A stretch of 64,000 bases of DNA from Dehalococcoidia bacterium (GTDB taxonomy: Bacteria > Chloroflexota > Dehalococcoidia > Lucifugimonadales > VXLM01). Shown piece after piece: positions 9,458 to 18,075 of the stretch. The notes below the pieces were generated by a model. That model had not been told where the DNA came from. It worked only from the letters and a program-made list of their open reading frames with translations, and made no database searches. The translations under genes and the position numbers were made by a program. The DNA is taken from contig OY759598.1 of assembly GCA_963662435.1 (NCBI GenBank), positions 712,507-776,506 of the forward strand. Reading direction: 5' to 3'. Each line of letters opens with the position of its first letter. Positions within the stretch are counted from its first letter, which is position 1.

Positions 9458-10278
9458 CCCAGCGGGTCGAGGGTCTCACGCTGCCGGAGGCGATCCGGCG
9501 ACTAGAGAGCCAGAGGCCCGTTTCCGTAGCCACTCCGGTCTCGGTGGGTCATCCAGAGGTGGCGCCGCTTCCTCCCAGGGACCCGGCGTTGCTCACAGCT
9601 GCGGCGCGATTCTACGCCGGTCAGCTGCGGCGCAGTCCAACAGCGCAGGCGTACCTTGCCTCGCGGGGCATCGGGCTTGACTCCGCAGCCCGCCTGGGCC
9701 TTGGCTACTCGCCGGGCTTCGGGCTGTGGCAGGCTCTCGAGTCGGCTGGCTTCCCCGGGAAGCGCATCCGGGACTCGGGGTTGTTCATGGAGCGGGGAAC
9801 AGAGCGCTTCGCCGGGATGGTGATCGCTCCCGAGGTCTCCGGTGGGCTTGTCCGCTGGCTCGTGGGCCGGGCCATCGATCCAGACCGGACTCCCCGGTTC
9901 CAGGCGCTGCCCGGTCCCAAGCCGGTGCTTGGGCTTGGTCGTCTCGGCCCCGCGCCACCTCTTGCGGTCGTTGCCGAGGGCGTCTTCGACTGGCTTGCCC
10001 TTGCTTGCTGGGGCATACCCGCGGTCTCTGCCCTTGGTACCCAGGGGGTCGAGCGGATCGCGGGGGTCCTGCGGGGCACGCCCCGCGTCTTCCTTGCCTT
10101 CGACAACGACGCCGCTGGCCTTGAGGCCGCCGGGCGGCTTGCTGGCTTGCTTGGGCGCAGGGCCGCTGCTGTCACACTCCCCGATGGCGTCGGTGACGTG
10201 GCCGAACTTGCTTGCCTTCCCCAGGGCTACTCGCTCTTCCTCCGGCTGCTTGCACGGGCCGCCCGCGCCGCCCGGTAG
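9458..10278 (+). CDS. DNA primase, exon 2 (linker plus TOPRIM domain)
   Basis: In-frame continuation (A)CC CAG.. = T-QRVEGLTLPEAIRRLES, then LLTAAARFYAGQL..YLASRGI. TOPRIM motifs VVAEGVFDWLAL and FLAFDNDAAGLEAA. Confidence 0.8.
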
Positions 10279-10525
10279 GCTCCCGCCACTCCCCCTTCCA
10301 CTTTCCCTTTACTTGGCCTTCCCGGCCCACCCACTCCCTTGCTTAGGGAGTTCGCTCCGCTTCATCCCCATACCACTCTCACCACCCGGAGCTTGCCCCC
10401 GACTCCGATCGGGGGAGGACCCATGCCCATTTCACGACGGGCCTCGCCCGCACACGGCTTCCCTTAGAGGGAACCCGCATCGCTCATTCGCTACAGGAAC
10501 ACCGACACAAGGAAGGAGAATCGAG

Positions 10526-11392
10526 ATGTTCAACAGAAACGGACACAACAACGGAAACGGCGCCCACAACGGCGCTGCGGTCGCCTCGCGCAACGGCAAC
10601 GGGCACAGGCCCGACGCCGCCCCCGCACCGAGTGCGGGGCAGGCTATCCCTGCGGAGCACGAGCTCGTCTGGGACGGGCTGTCGCCCGCCGTCACCCAGG
10701 CGCTCGGGCAGCCCATCGACCCCTCGCTGGTCTCCCACCGCAAGGGGCGCGGCGGCAGGACCTTCGACTACCTCGAAGGTCACGCCGTCATCGACCAGGC
10801 CAACCGCATCTTCGGATTCGGCGGATGGGGGTACGAGCTGGTAGGCGACGTGACGCTGCGCCAGGTCGAGACGGTCGATCCCCAGACCGGCGAGGTGGAG
10901 GTCTCGCTCGGCTACAGCGCCCCGGTCCGGGTCACGGTGGCGGGCGCGCTACCCCGCACGGACACCGGCGTCCACCCCGTGGCCGAGGACACCGTCGACG
11001 GTCACGACACAGCCATCAAGGGGGCAGTCACAGACGGCATGAAACGGGCCTTCAGGAGCTTCGGGGTCCAGTTCGGCAACGGCTTTTACGGCGACCAGAC
11101 GCAGGCGGTGCAGCCGGAGCGCGTGCCGGTGCAGTCCAACGGCAGGTCCGGTCAGGCCCAGCCCGGGAACGGGCCGCAGGCGCAGTCCCGGGACGAGGCG
11201 CAGGCGGACAAGCTACGCAAGCGCCTCATCGAGATCGCCGTCGAGCAGGGTCTCAACGAAGAGCAGGTGGGGACTGCCGTGGTCAACCGGACGGGCAAGA
11301 GCATCGACGACCTGACGGTCGCCGAGCTCGGGCCGCTGGTCGAGGCCGCCGCCGCCAAGCTGCGGCAGATGCAGCAGGCCGAGGCTGCATAG
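10526..11392 (+). CDS. Rad52/Rad22-family single-strand annealing protein
   Basis: GGAAGGAG upstream of ATG 10526. Motifs HRKGRGGRTFDYLEGHAVIDQANRIFGFGGWGYEL and TAIKGAVTDGMKRAFRSFGVQFGN. Confidence 0.7.
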   Translation: MFNRNGHNNGNGAHNGAAVASRNGNGHRPDAAPAPSAGQAIPAEHELVWDGLSPAVTQALGQPIDPSLVSHRKGRGGRTFDYLEGHAVIDQANRIFGFGGWGYELVGDVTLRQVETVDPQTGEVEVSLGYSAPVRVTVAGALPRTDTGVHPVAEDTVDGHDTAIKGAVTDGMKRAFRSFGVQFGNGFYGDQTQAVQPERVPVQSNGRSGQAQPGNGPQAQSRDEAQADKLRKRLIEIAVEQGLNEEQVGTAVVNRTGKSIDDLTVAELGPLVEAAAAKLRQMQQAEAA

Positions 11393-11486
11393 CCCTGCGG
11401 TCAACCGGAAGTTCGGCATCGAGCGGAGTGGTCTCCCGATGGGGTTGCCCCGCTCGCTCATTACAGGACAATCAAGGAGGTCTGAC

Positions 11487-11987
11487 ATGACGACCAACGT
11501 TACCTACACACCCTGGGGTTGGACCATGGACATTACGGAATTGGCCGAGGGCGTCTGGCGGGTCTCGACGCCCTCGCACGGCGGGCTGAAGCTCAGCTTG
11601 GAGCGGTGGGACGAGCTTCCCATCGAGCTGCGGGAGGCCATGTACACGCAGACCTTCGCCGAGGAGGACTGCGAGAAGCCCATCGTCAGGACGCTGCTGG
11701 GGCTGGGCGACGAACACGAGCGGGAGATGGCGCTGAAAGTGGCGGGCTACTTCGACCGCTACGCCCCGGCGCTCCCCCACCTCCGCGAATGCTCCCCGGC
11801 CATTCACTACCACGCCATCTTCTACTGGGGAGACTACGGGTCGGACCCCTTCGAGCGGTTCGACACCCGCGTCGAGGCCGAGTCCTTCCTGGGTGACCCG
11901 GAGATGGAGCGGGCCCACGGGCGGATGGAGGCCATTGAGTGCACCGGGACTCGCCCGGTCTGCGCGGGAAGGGGGGCCAGGCCATGA
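11487..11987 (+). CDS. Hypothetical protein (166 aa)
   Basis: AAGGAGG upstream of ATG 11487. Stop overlaps the next start (ATGA at 11984-11987). Confidence 0.55.
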   Translation: MTTNVTYTPWGWTMDITELAEGVWRVSTPSHGGLKLSLERWDELPIELREAMYTQTFAEEDCEKPIVRTLLGLGDEHEREMALKVAGYFDRYAPALPHLRECSPAIHYHAIFYWGDYGSDPFERFDTRVEAESFLGDPEMERAHGRMEAIECTGTRPVCAGRGARP

Positions 11988-12400
11988 CCGCGACGACGCG
12001 GACCAGGCCCCGCAGCCTGCCCAGCACGACGACCCGGCTGCAGACGGAGATGGGAAACCTTTTCGTCACGGTCTCCGTGGACGAGGACGGCGAGCCCTTC
12101 GAGGTCTTCGGGGCGCTCGGCAAGGGCGGCTCATTCCAGCACGGGGTGACCGAACTTGCGTGCCGTCTCATCTCGCTGCACATGCGCAGGGGCACACCCG
12201 TTGAGGAAATCGTCGACCAAATCCAGGGCATTCAAGAGATGGCGCCGTTCTGGAACCACCTGGGCGACGGCAGAAGCGTGCCCATCCACGGCCTGGGCGA
12301 CGGCATCGCCCACATTCTCAAGGCCCTCCTGAAGGCGAAGCAGGAGAGGGAAGCACAGGCCGAGACCGAGCAGGAAACTGAGGTGAAGGCGGCAGCGTGA
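11984..12400 (+). CDS. TSCPD-like domain protein (similar to the class II ribonucleotide reductase C-terminal domain)
   Basis: GNLFVTVSVDEDGEPFEVFGALGKGGSFQHGVTELACRLISLHMRRGTPVEEIVDQIQGI. The eponymous TSCPD Cys motif is replaced by HGLGDGIAHIL. Confidence 0.55.
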   Translation: MTATTRTRPRSLPSTTTRLQTEMGNLFVTVSVDEDGEPFEVFGALGKGGSFQHGVTELACRLISLHMRRGTPVEEIVDQIQGIQEMAPFWNHLGDGRSVPIHGLGDGIAHILKALLKAKQEREAQAETEQETEVKAAA

Positions 12401-12445
12401 GCGGCCCCTTCTCTCACCTACAGGACAACAAGGAGGTGAACGACG

Positions 12446-13543
12446 ATGGTAACCACGGTTTATGACAGGGCGGGGGTCTTCTCCCGCCCTGCGGCGCAGA
12501 TCAACGAGGACGGCGAACTGGTGGTGCGGGCCTCTTCCGCCTTGGGCTGCCGCCGCGCGCTCTGGTACGCCGCCACCGGCTACGAGCCGACCAACCCCCC
12601 CGGCGACGACTCGCTGACGGCTATGGAGGCTGGCAACGCCCTGGAGCCGGTGGTGGTGCGGGCGATGGAGCGGGCTGGCTGGAAGGTCGACGCCCCCGAC
12701 CCGCAGGACCCGCACCAGGTGGCGGTGGAGGTGGGCCCTAACCTGCTGGTGACCGGGCACCCCGACGGTACGATCCGGATGCCGGTGGAGGAGGGCGACG
12801 CGGCCCCGCCGCAGATGTTCCTCTTCGAGGGGGAACAGGACGGACCCGTCTTCGGCGACGAGATGGTTGTCGAGATCAAGACGCGTGGCCCGGAGGCGTT
12901 CCGCCGCTGGCGGACGCTGGGGGCCGAGCGCAGCCACCCGGCGTCGGTGGCGCAGGCCGCCTTCTACACCCTCGGAGAGTTCGGGGATTTGCGGGACGTG
13001 GTGATAGCCACGATGGACACGGGCAGCCGCATCTGGGACTGGGAGCGGATACCCGCCGACCGGCTGGAGCGGGCCCTGCAGGACGCCTGCGAATGGCTCG
13101 GCGAACTAGGGGCCCACCACGTAGAAAACGGGGCAGACCCCGACGCGCTGCCGGAGCGTGACTTCACGGCCAACTCATGGCAGTGCCGGTCGTGCCCGTT
13201 CCTGGCAGTCTGCCTGCCTGGCGCGGAGGAGGAGTGTGAAGAGACTGAGACCGAAGGAAAAGAGGTGACGGACGAGGAGGCGCAGGACGCGGTGGCGGCC
13301 TACGCCGAGGCCAAGGACGCGGTCAAGGAGCCCGAAAAGGCAAAGAGGACCGCACTCGACACCCTGAAGGCGTGGATGCGCCGCCAGGGCGATTCGAAGG
13401 CGACCATCAACGGTAAGACGGTCAGCCTCGTGCGGACGACACGATACTCGGTGAACCACCGGAAGCTCAACGAGGCGCTCGACCCTGAGACCAGGGCGGA
13501 GATCGTCACCGAGAGCGAGTCGGAGTACGTCCGGGTCAGCTAG
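12446..13543 (+). CDS. PD-(D/E)XK exonuclease, Cas4/RecB-like, with a four-Cys cluster
   Basis: AAGGAGG upstream. Motifs GHPDG....VVEIKTRG, with an N-terminal Cys (LGCRRALWY) plus CRSCPFLAVC. Sits in a recombination module with the annealase and SSB. Confidence 0.65.
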   Translation: MVTTVYDRAGVFSRPAAQINEDGELVVRASSALGCRRALWYAATGYEPTNPPGDDSLTAMEAGNALEPVVVRAMERAGWKVDAPDPQDPHQVAVEVGPNLLVTGHPDGTIRMPVEEGDAAPPQMFLFEGEQDGPVFGDEMVVEIKTRGPEAFRRWRTLGAERSHPASVAQAAFYTLGEFGDLRDVVIATMDTGSRIWDWERIPADRLERALQDACEWLGELGAHHVENGADPDALPERDFTANSWQCRSCPFLAVCLPGAEEECEETETEGKEVTDEEAQDAVAAYAEAKDAVKEPEKAKRTALDTLKAWMRRQGDSKATINGKTVSLVRTTRYSVNHRKLNEALDPETRAEIVTESESEYVRVS

Positions 13544-13662
13544 ACGCTCTCTCACGGGAGCGGAGAACGGGGCCGTCATCCCCTCTAAAGGCGACGGCCC
13601 CGCCTTCAATCAAGAAGGGCGTGCAAGGAACGCGCCGCATCCACCAAGGAGGATACAGAACT

Positions 13663-14031
13663 ATGGCACGCACGATCAACAAGGTAGAACTGTTGGGCAG
13701 GGTCGGGACCGACCCAGAGATGACCTACACGCAGGGCGGCACCGCCGTCACCAAGCTGCGGCTGGCGACCGACCGCTACCGCAGGGACGCGGAGCCCGAG
13801 ACCGACTGGCATAACGTCGTGGTATGGAATGGGACCGCCGAGGCGGTGAACCAGTACGTCGCCAAGGGCCAGCGCATCTATGTGGCCGGACGCCTCGTCC
13901 AGAACAACTGGGAGGGAGACGACGGCCAGCGCCGTCACCGCACTGAGATCCACGCCTCCGAGGTCGTGTTCCTCGACGGCGGGAATGGCAGCGGGAATGT
14001 CGGGCAGGCGGAGGACGCCTCCCCCTTCTAA
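13663..14031 (+). CDS. ssb: Single-stranded DNA-binding protein
   Basis: MARTINKVELLGRVGTDPEMTYTQGGTAVTKLRLAT..WHNVVVWNGTAEAVNQYVAKGQRIYVAGRL..., with an acidic tail ending DASPF. Confidence 0.85.
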   Translation: MARTINKVELLGRVGTDPEMTYTQGGTAVTKLRLATDRYRRDAEPETDWHNVVVWNGTAEAVNQYVAKGQRIYVAGRLVQNNWEGDDGQRRHRTEIHASEVVFLDGGNGSGNVGQAEDASPF

Positions 14032-14152
14032 CCCGCTGGACGGACAACGGAAACCGACGCTCGCCACAACTGGGCGCAAAGACCACGGGGCCGCTCCCAC
14101 TTTACATGAGGCGGCCCTGCTCCTGTTCTAACCGATAACGAAGGAGGCCGAC

Positions 14153-14713
14153 ATGACCCGGAAGAAGAAAGGCGCCAACAACCAGAAAGAAGTCCTTGAG
14201 GGCAACCCTACCCCTGCGCCGGGGCTGGAGGGGCAGGCAATTCTCGATGCCCTGCGCAGCAACCTGAACCTGCTTGGAGAGCTGGCGGTGCGCTACGAGG
14301 TGGCAACCAGGCCAGAGGGCCCGGAGGATCCACCTTCCATCGGCTCCCCCCGCGATGTCCACAGCCTGCTGGGGCCGGAGATGTCCCAGCTGGCCCAGGA
14401 GCAGCTGCGAGTCCTGCTGCTGAACACCAAGAACGAGGTGGTCGGCCAGCGGGTCGTCTACCAGGGAAACATAAGCTCGTCGATGGTTCGCGCGGCGGAG
14501 GTGCTGAGGCCCGCCGTCATAGAGGCGGTCCCCGCGGTCATCATCAGTCACAACCACCCGTCCGGCGACCCCGACCCCAGCCCCAACGACGTGACGATCA
14601 CCCGCAAGCTCAAGCAGGCGGCGGACTTGCTGGACATTGACCTGCTCGACCACATCGTCATCGGCGGGAAACGGCACGTCAGCCTCAAGGACCGGGGGCT
14701 GATGGCCGGATAG
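14153..14713 (+). CDS. radC: RadC-like JAB-domain protein
   Basis: LRVLLLNTKNEVVGQRVVYQGNISSSMVRAAEVLRPAV..AVIISHNHPSGDPDPSPNDVTITRKL..DHIVIG. Confidence 0.8.
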   Translation: MTRKKKGANNQKEVLEGNPTPAPGLEGQAILDALRSNLNLLGELAVRYEVATRPEGPEDPPSIGSPRDVHSLLGPEMSQLAQEQLRVLLLNTKNEVVGQRVVYQGNISSSMVRAAEVLRPAVIEAVPAVIISHNHPSGDPDPSPNDVTITRKLKQAADLLDIDLLDHIVIGGKRHVSLKDRGLMAG

Positions 14714-14766
14714 AGCCAGTCCCACCCCGCAGGTCGAACGAAAACCAAGAGAAGAGAGAAGAAGAA

Positions 14767-15084
14767 ATGACAGACAAAGACATTCGGAACGCGCCCATCA
14801 AGTGGAAGGTCATTGGGGCCGGGTTCGTAATGCAAGGCGGGTTCGTCGCCCTTGTGGACAGGGACCCGGACCCGTTCCCCTGCACCGTCTTCGACGGCAC
14901 GGAGGAGGAGAGGGAGACCCACGAGAGGATGTGCAGGGAGACCTGGGCCACCGTGTGGGAGCTGGAGGGAGACACGCTCGAAGAGGCCAGGCAGTCCCTG
15001 GCGGAGCGCCGCTTTAGCGGGTCCGCATACCACGTGAACGACTGCGAGCTTCTGGACGACCGGCCGCAGGCGGACACGCCCTAG
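14767..15084 (+). CDS. Hypothetical protein (105 aa)
   Basis: ATG start, codon usage like its neighbours, no motif recognised. Confidence 0.45.
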   Translation: MTDKDIRNAPIKWKVIGAGFVMQGGFVALVDRDPDPFPCTVFDGTEEERETHERMCRETWATVWELEGDTLEEARQSLAERRFSGSAYHVNDCELLDDRPQADTP

Positions 15085-15180
15085 CGCAAGAGCATCACAT
15101 CGACCCCTTCCGGGGCTTCACGACGGGGACACCCTCCCCCGCTTGCATCATCCATACCAAGGAATGAAAGGAGACTGCCC

Positions 15181-15831
15181 ATGTTGCAGACTCGCACCAT
15201 TGACCTCGAGGACCCCGTATCGAGTACGGGGCAGGCTCTGTTCACCATCTCGGCGGGCGGCTTCTCGGCCACGGTGGACGCCTTCGCCCGCGACGACAGG
15301 ACGGAAGGCCTCTGGTTCGTCTCGATGGTCGGCTCCCAGACCGCGCTCAAGGCGATCTGGGCCTCGCTGCTGAAGCAGCCGCCCGACACCGCGCACCTGA
15401 TCAGGGGCGCCGACGGGATGGCCCTCAGCGGCGGCTACCAGAGGTGCCAGATCCCGTACGAGACCCTGGGGACGTGGACGACGAAGATATCCCGCCTGCC
15501 CTCGTCCGGGGGATGGCATGCGCTGGTGTACACGAAGCAGGCGGAGTACGGATTCGAGAAGGACTCGTTCCTCCTGCTGGCGCAGTCGGCGGACGAGGCC
15601 CCGGCGCTGCACCACCGCTTCCTCGACAAGCGCAGCCCGCTGCCGCTGCACGGCTCCTGGGCCGACTGGCTCTGGGAACGGGGCATCGAGGAGGAGGAGA
15701 TAGTACCGCTGCAGTCGGTGGGCATATCCGCCTACCGGTGCTCCCCCAAGGCCAAGAAGCTCCGCGAAGACCTGTCCGCCGCGGTGGCGTCGGGCAGGCT
15801 CACGCTGCCCACGGAGGCGTCCGATGGATAG
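15181..15831 (+). CDS. Hypothetical protein (216 aa)
   Basis: GAAAGGAG upstream of ATG 15181. Overlaps the next ORF by 8 nt. Contains the 30-nt hairpin repeat at 15211-15240. Confidence 0.5.
   Translation: MLQTRTIDLEDPVSSTGQALFTISAGGFSATVDAFARDDRTEGLWFVSMVGSQTALKAIWASLLKQPPDTAHLIRGADGMALSGGYQRCQIPYETLGTWTTKISRLPSSGGWHALVYTKQAEYGFEKDSFLLLAQSADEAPALHHRFLDKRSPLPLHGSWADWLWERGIEEEEIVPLQSVGISAYRCSPKAKKLREDLSAAVASGRLTLPTEASDG
15211..15240 (+). repeat. 30-nt hairpin repeat, copy 1
   Basis: GACCCCGTATCGAGTACGGGGCAGGCTCTG with stem CCCCGTA/TACGGGG; 29/30 identical to 15916-15945. Confidence 0.8.
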
Positions 15832-16255
15832 GACGCTGAAGCGGGCAAAGCGCCACAACAAGCGGCGGGGGCAGCGCAACCACGCCGCCTGGCAGCGTTT
15901 TTCCTCCGATGGAGAGACCCCGTATCCAGTACGGGGCAGGCTCTGCCGCTACTGCCCCCACGACATCACTGAGCATCTCATGAGCTCGGGACAGCCGCAC
16001 TTCTTCCGCCCGGCGACGGAGCGGGAGAGGCGCGCCCCCCACCTCATGCTCTACCGGCACACGCTGCCGGAGGGCGGCTCGGTGCTGGTACGGCGGATGA
16101 CCGTCGCCAACCGCGCCGAGCTGATAACCGCCTACTGCACGGCCTGCGCCGAGAGCATGGGCACGAGCCAGGTGCTGTGCTTCCAGCGCAACTTGGCCAT
16201 CGGAGAGGTGGTCGGGCTCAAGACCGACGACACCGACATAGCAATCGCCGCCTGA
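15824..16255 (+). CDS. Hypothetical protein (143 aa)
   Basis: ATG start overlapping the upstream gene. Contains copy 2 of the 30-nt repeat, read in a different frame. Confidence 0.45.
   Translation: MDRTLKRAKRHNKRRGQRNHAAWQRFSSDGETPYPVRGRLCRYCPHDITEHLMSSGQPHFFRPATERERRAPHLMLYRHTLPEGGSVLVRRMTVANRAELITAYCTACAESMGTSQVLCFQRNLAIGEVVGLKTDDTDIAIAA
15916..15945 (+). repeat. 30-nt hairpin repeat, copy 2
   Basis: GACCCCGTATCCAGTACGGGGCAGGCTCTG, 705 nt downstream of copy 1. Confidence 0.8.
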
Positions 16256-16278
16256 AAGCGGCGGAAAGGAGACGGAAC

Positions 16279-16548
16279 ATGCCAACCGAACAGGCGCTGT
16301 TCTTCACGTGCCCGCACTGCGAGGAGCGGTTCGCCCAGGTGGAGGAGCCAGACAGGGACATCCACACCGGGGAGATCTACCACTGCGGGTCGTGCGGCAT
16401 CCAGGTGATCCTCCATGCGGTGACGGTGGAGGACTACGTGCCACCGCCACGGGCGAGGAGGGACTGCCACTTCTGCCGGCCCGAGCCATGCCGGTTTGGG
16501 CCGAACGTCGATGTTACCAACGACACACGGAAAGGAGAGACGACATGA
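16279..16548 (+). CDS. Small zinc-ribbon protein
   Basis: CPHC..x..CGSC pairs (FFTCPHCEERF...IYHCGSCGIQV). Stop overlaps the next start (ATGA at 16545-16548). Confidence 0.5.
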   Translation: MPTEQALFFTCPHCEERFAQVEEPDRDIHTGEIYHCGSCGIQVILHAVTVEDYVPPPRARRDCHFCRPEPCRFGPNVDVTNDTRKGETT

Positions 16549-17582
16549 GACTGGCCGCACAGGCGAAAGGCGGATACTACCCGACCCCGGAGCGGGTGGT
16601 AGACCTGATCGCCGACCTGATACACACCCCCACCGGCAACTACTACCGGGAGAGGGAGACACTGCGCATCCTCGACCCCTGCTGCGGGGCCGGGGACGCG
16701 CTGCAGAAGCTGGCCGAGCGGCTCGACCGGCCCGAACCGGTCTCCATCGAGACCTACGGCGTCGAGTTGCACCGGGACCGGGCGGAAGAAGCGGCGCGCC
16801 GCCTGACCCGCGCGCTGGCCTCCGACCTGTTCGCCACGTCAATAGCGAACGGGGCCTTCGGCCTGCTGCTGCTCAATCCGCCGTATGACTGGGACTCGGA
16901 GGACAAGAGGGTCGAGCACGCCTTCCTGACTCACACCACCCGCTACCTGGCCGAGAGCGGCCTGCTGGTATTCATCGTGCCGAGGCAGCGCCTCTCGTAC
17001 TCGGCCAGGTACCTGTCCACCCACTACGGGCGGATGCGGTGCTGGGCCTTCCCGAGCCCCGAGCGCGAGGTCTTCGACCAGGTCGTGCTCATGGGCTACC
17101 GGAAGGCCGACCCCGTGCCCGACGCGCCTGCGGAGAGCATGGTGATGGAGTGGGCTCTCGGTGAGCCGGAGCCGCTGCGCTCCCACCGCTACACCGAGTA
17201 CACCCCTGTCACCACGCCCAGCGGGGACATCCTGTTCACGACCCGCACCGTGGACCCGGTGGCGGCGGCCGCCGAGGCGAGGCGGTCGGGGCTGTGGGCC
17301 AACACGGAGATAACCGACACCCTCTGGCCCGCGAAGGACGGCCGCACCCGCCCGCTCATGCCGCTGAGGCGGGGCCACACGGCGATGCTGGTGGCGGCGG
17401 GCTTTCTCGACAACCTCGTCCTCGACGGGGACGGGCGGCGCATCCTAGTCAAGGGCAGGACCAGCAAGGAGATGGAACTGGTCGAGGACTCCCCGGAGAA
17501 GGAAGTACACCGCGAGAGGCTCGTGACGACCGTGGTGGCCCTCGATCTGGACGACGGCGAGATCACCGACATCGCGGCGTAG
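16545..17582 (+). CDS. SAM-dependent DNA methyltransferase (N6-adenine/N4-cytosine type, NPPY)
   Basis: ILDPCCGAGDAL (motif I) and LLLLNPPYD (motif IV). Lies next to the helicase, as in many conjugative and phage elements. Confidence 0.7.
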   Translation: MRLAAQAKGGYYPTPERVVDLIADLIHTPTGNYYRERETLRILDPCCGAGDALQKLAERLDRPEPVSIETYGVELHRDRAEEAARRLTRALASDLFATSIANGAFGLLLLNPPYDWDSEDKRVEHAFLTHTTRYLAESGLLVFIVPRQRLSYSARYLSTHYGRMRCWAFPSPEREVFDQVVLMGYRKADPVPDAPAESMVMEWALGEPEPLRSHRYTEYTPVTTPSGDILFTTRTVDPVAAAAEARRSGLWANTEITDTLWPAKDGRTRPLMPLRRGHTAMLVAAGFLDNLVLDGDGRRILVKGRTSKEMELVEDSPEKEVHRERLVTTVVALDLDDGEITDIAA

Positions 17583-17643
17583 ACGGCTCAACCGAAGAGC
17601 CGCGGACATGACACCCACATACAAGGAAAGGAGAACAGAGACG

Positions 17644-17841
17644 ATGCAGACGGTCATGGTCATGGAGACCTGCTGCCGGTGCGGGCAGCCGATAGCCCCC
17701 GGCGAGCCGGCCATGCAGACCGCCTCGGTGGACATCGACGCCCACGGAAGGGCGGTCTCCTCGGCGGTGAAGGCGTACCACCTGAGCGGAGACTGCTACG
17801 AGGAGTACAGGCGGCGGGAACGACTCCCCGACGCCGCATAG
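17644..17841 (+). CDS. Small Cys-rich protein (65 aa)
   Basis: GGAAAGGAG upstream. Motifs METCCRCGQPI and SGDCYEEY. Confidence 0.45.
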   Translation: MQTVMVMETCCRCGQPIAPGEPAMQTASVDIDAHGRAVSSAVKAYHLSGDCYEEYRRRERLPDAA

Positions 17842-18075
17842 ACGCCCCCCGCGGGGCCGCATTCCGAGGACCGCCACGTGCGGCCTCGCCGATTCAATCA
17901 AGCGCCTGAGGACGCTTCCAAGACCCACATTCACAAGCGTCCTCTTCTCTCCCTCGGGGTGAGATGGGCGCAGTGCGTCTCCCGTCAAACCCGCCCTGCG
18001 GCGGCGACCAGGGAGAACATGCACCGGGGTCTCGGCGTCGTCCTCCGGCCACCAGGGAACAGGAGGACGACAGAA

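Noticed and set aside
9842-10525. N-terminal 228 codons of the 516-aa ORF 9842-11392.
   Set aside because: This part overlaps the primase TOPRIM exon in another frame and is Pro/Ser/Leu-rich nonsense. The Rad52-like homology begins after ATG 10526, which has its own GGAAGGAG site.
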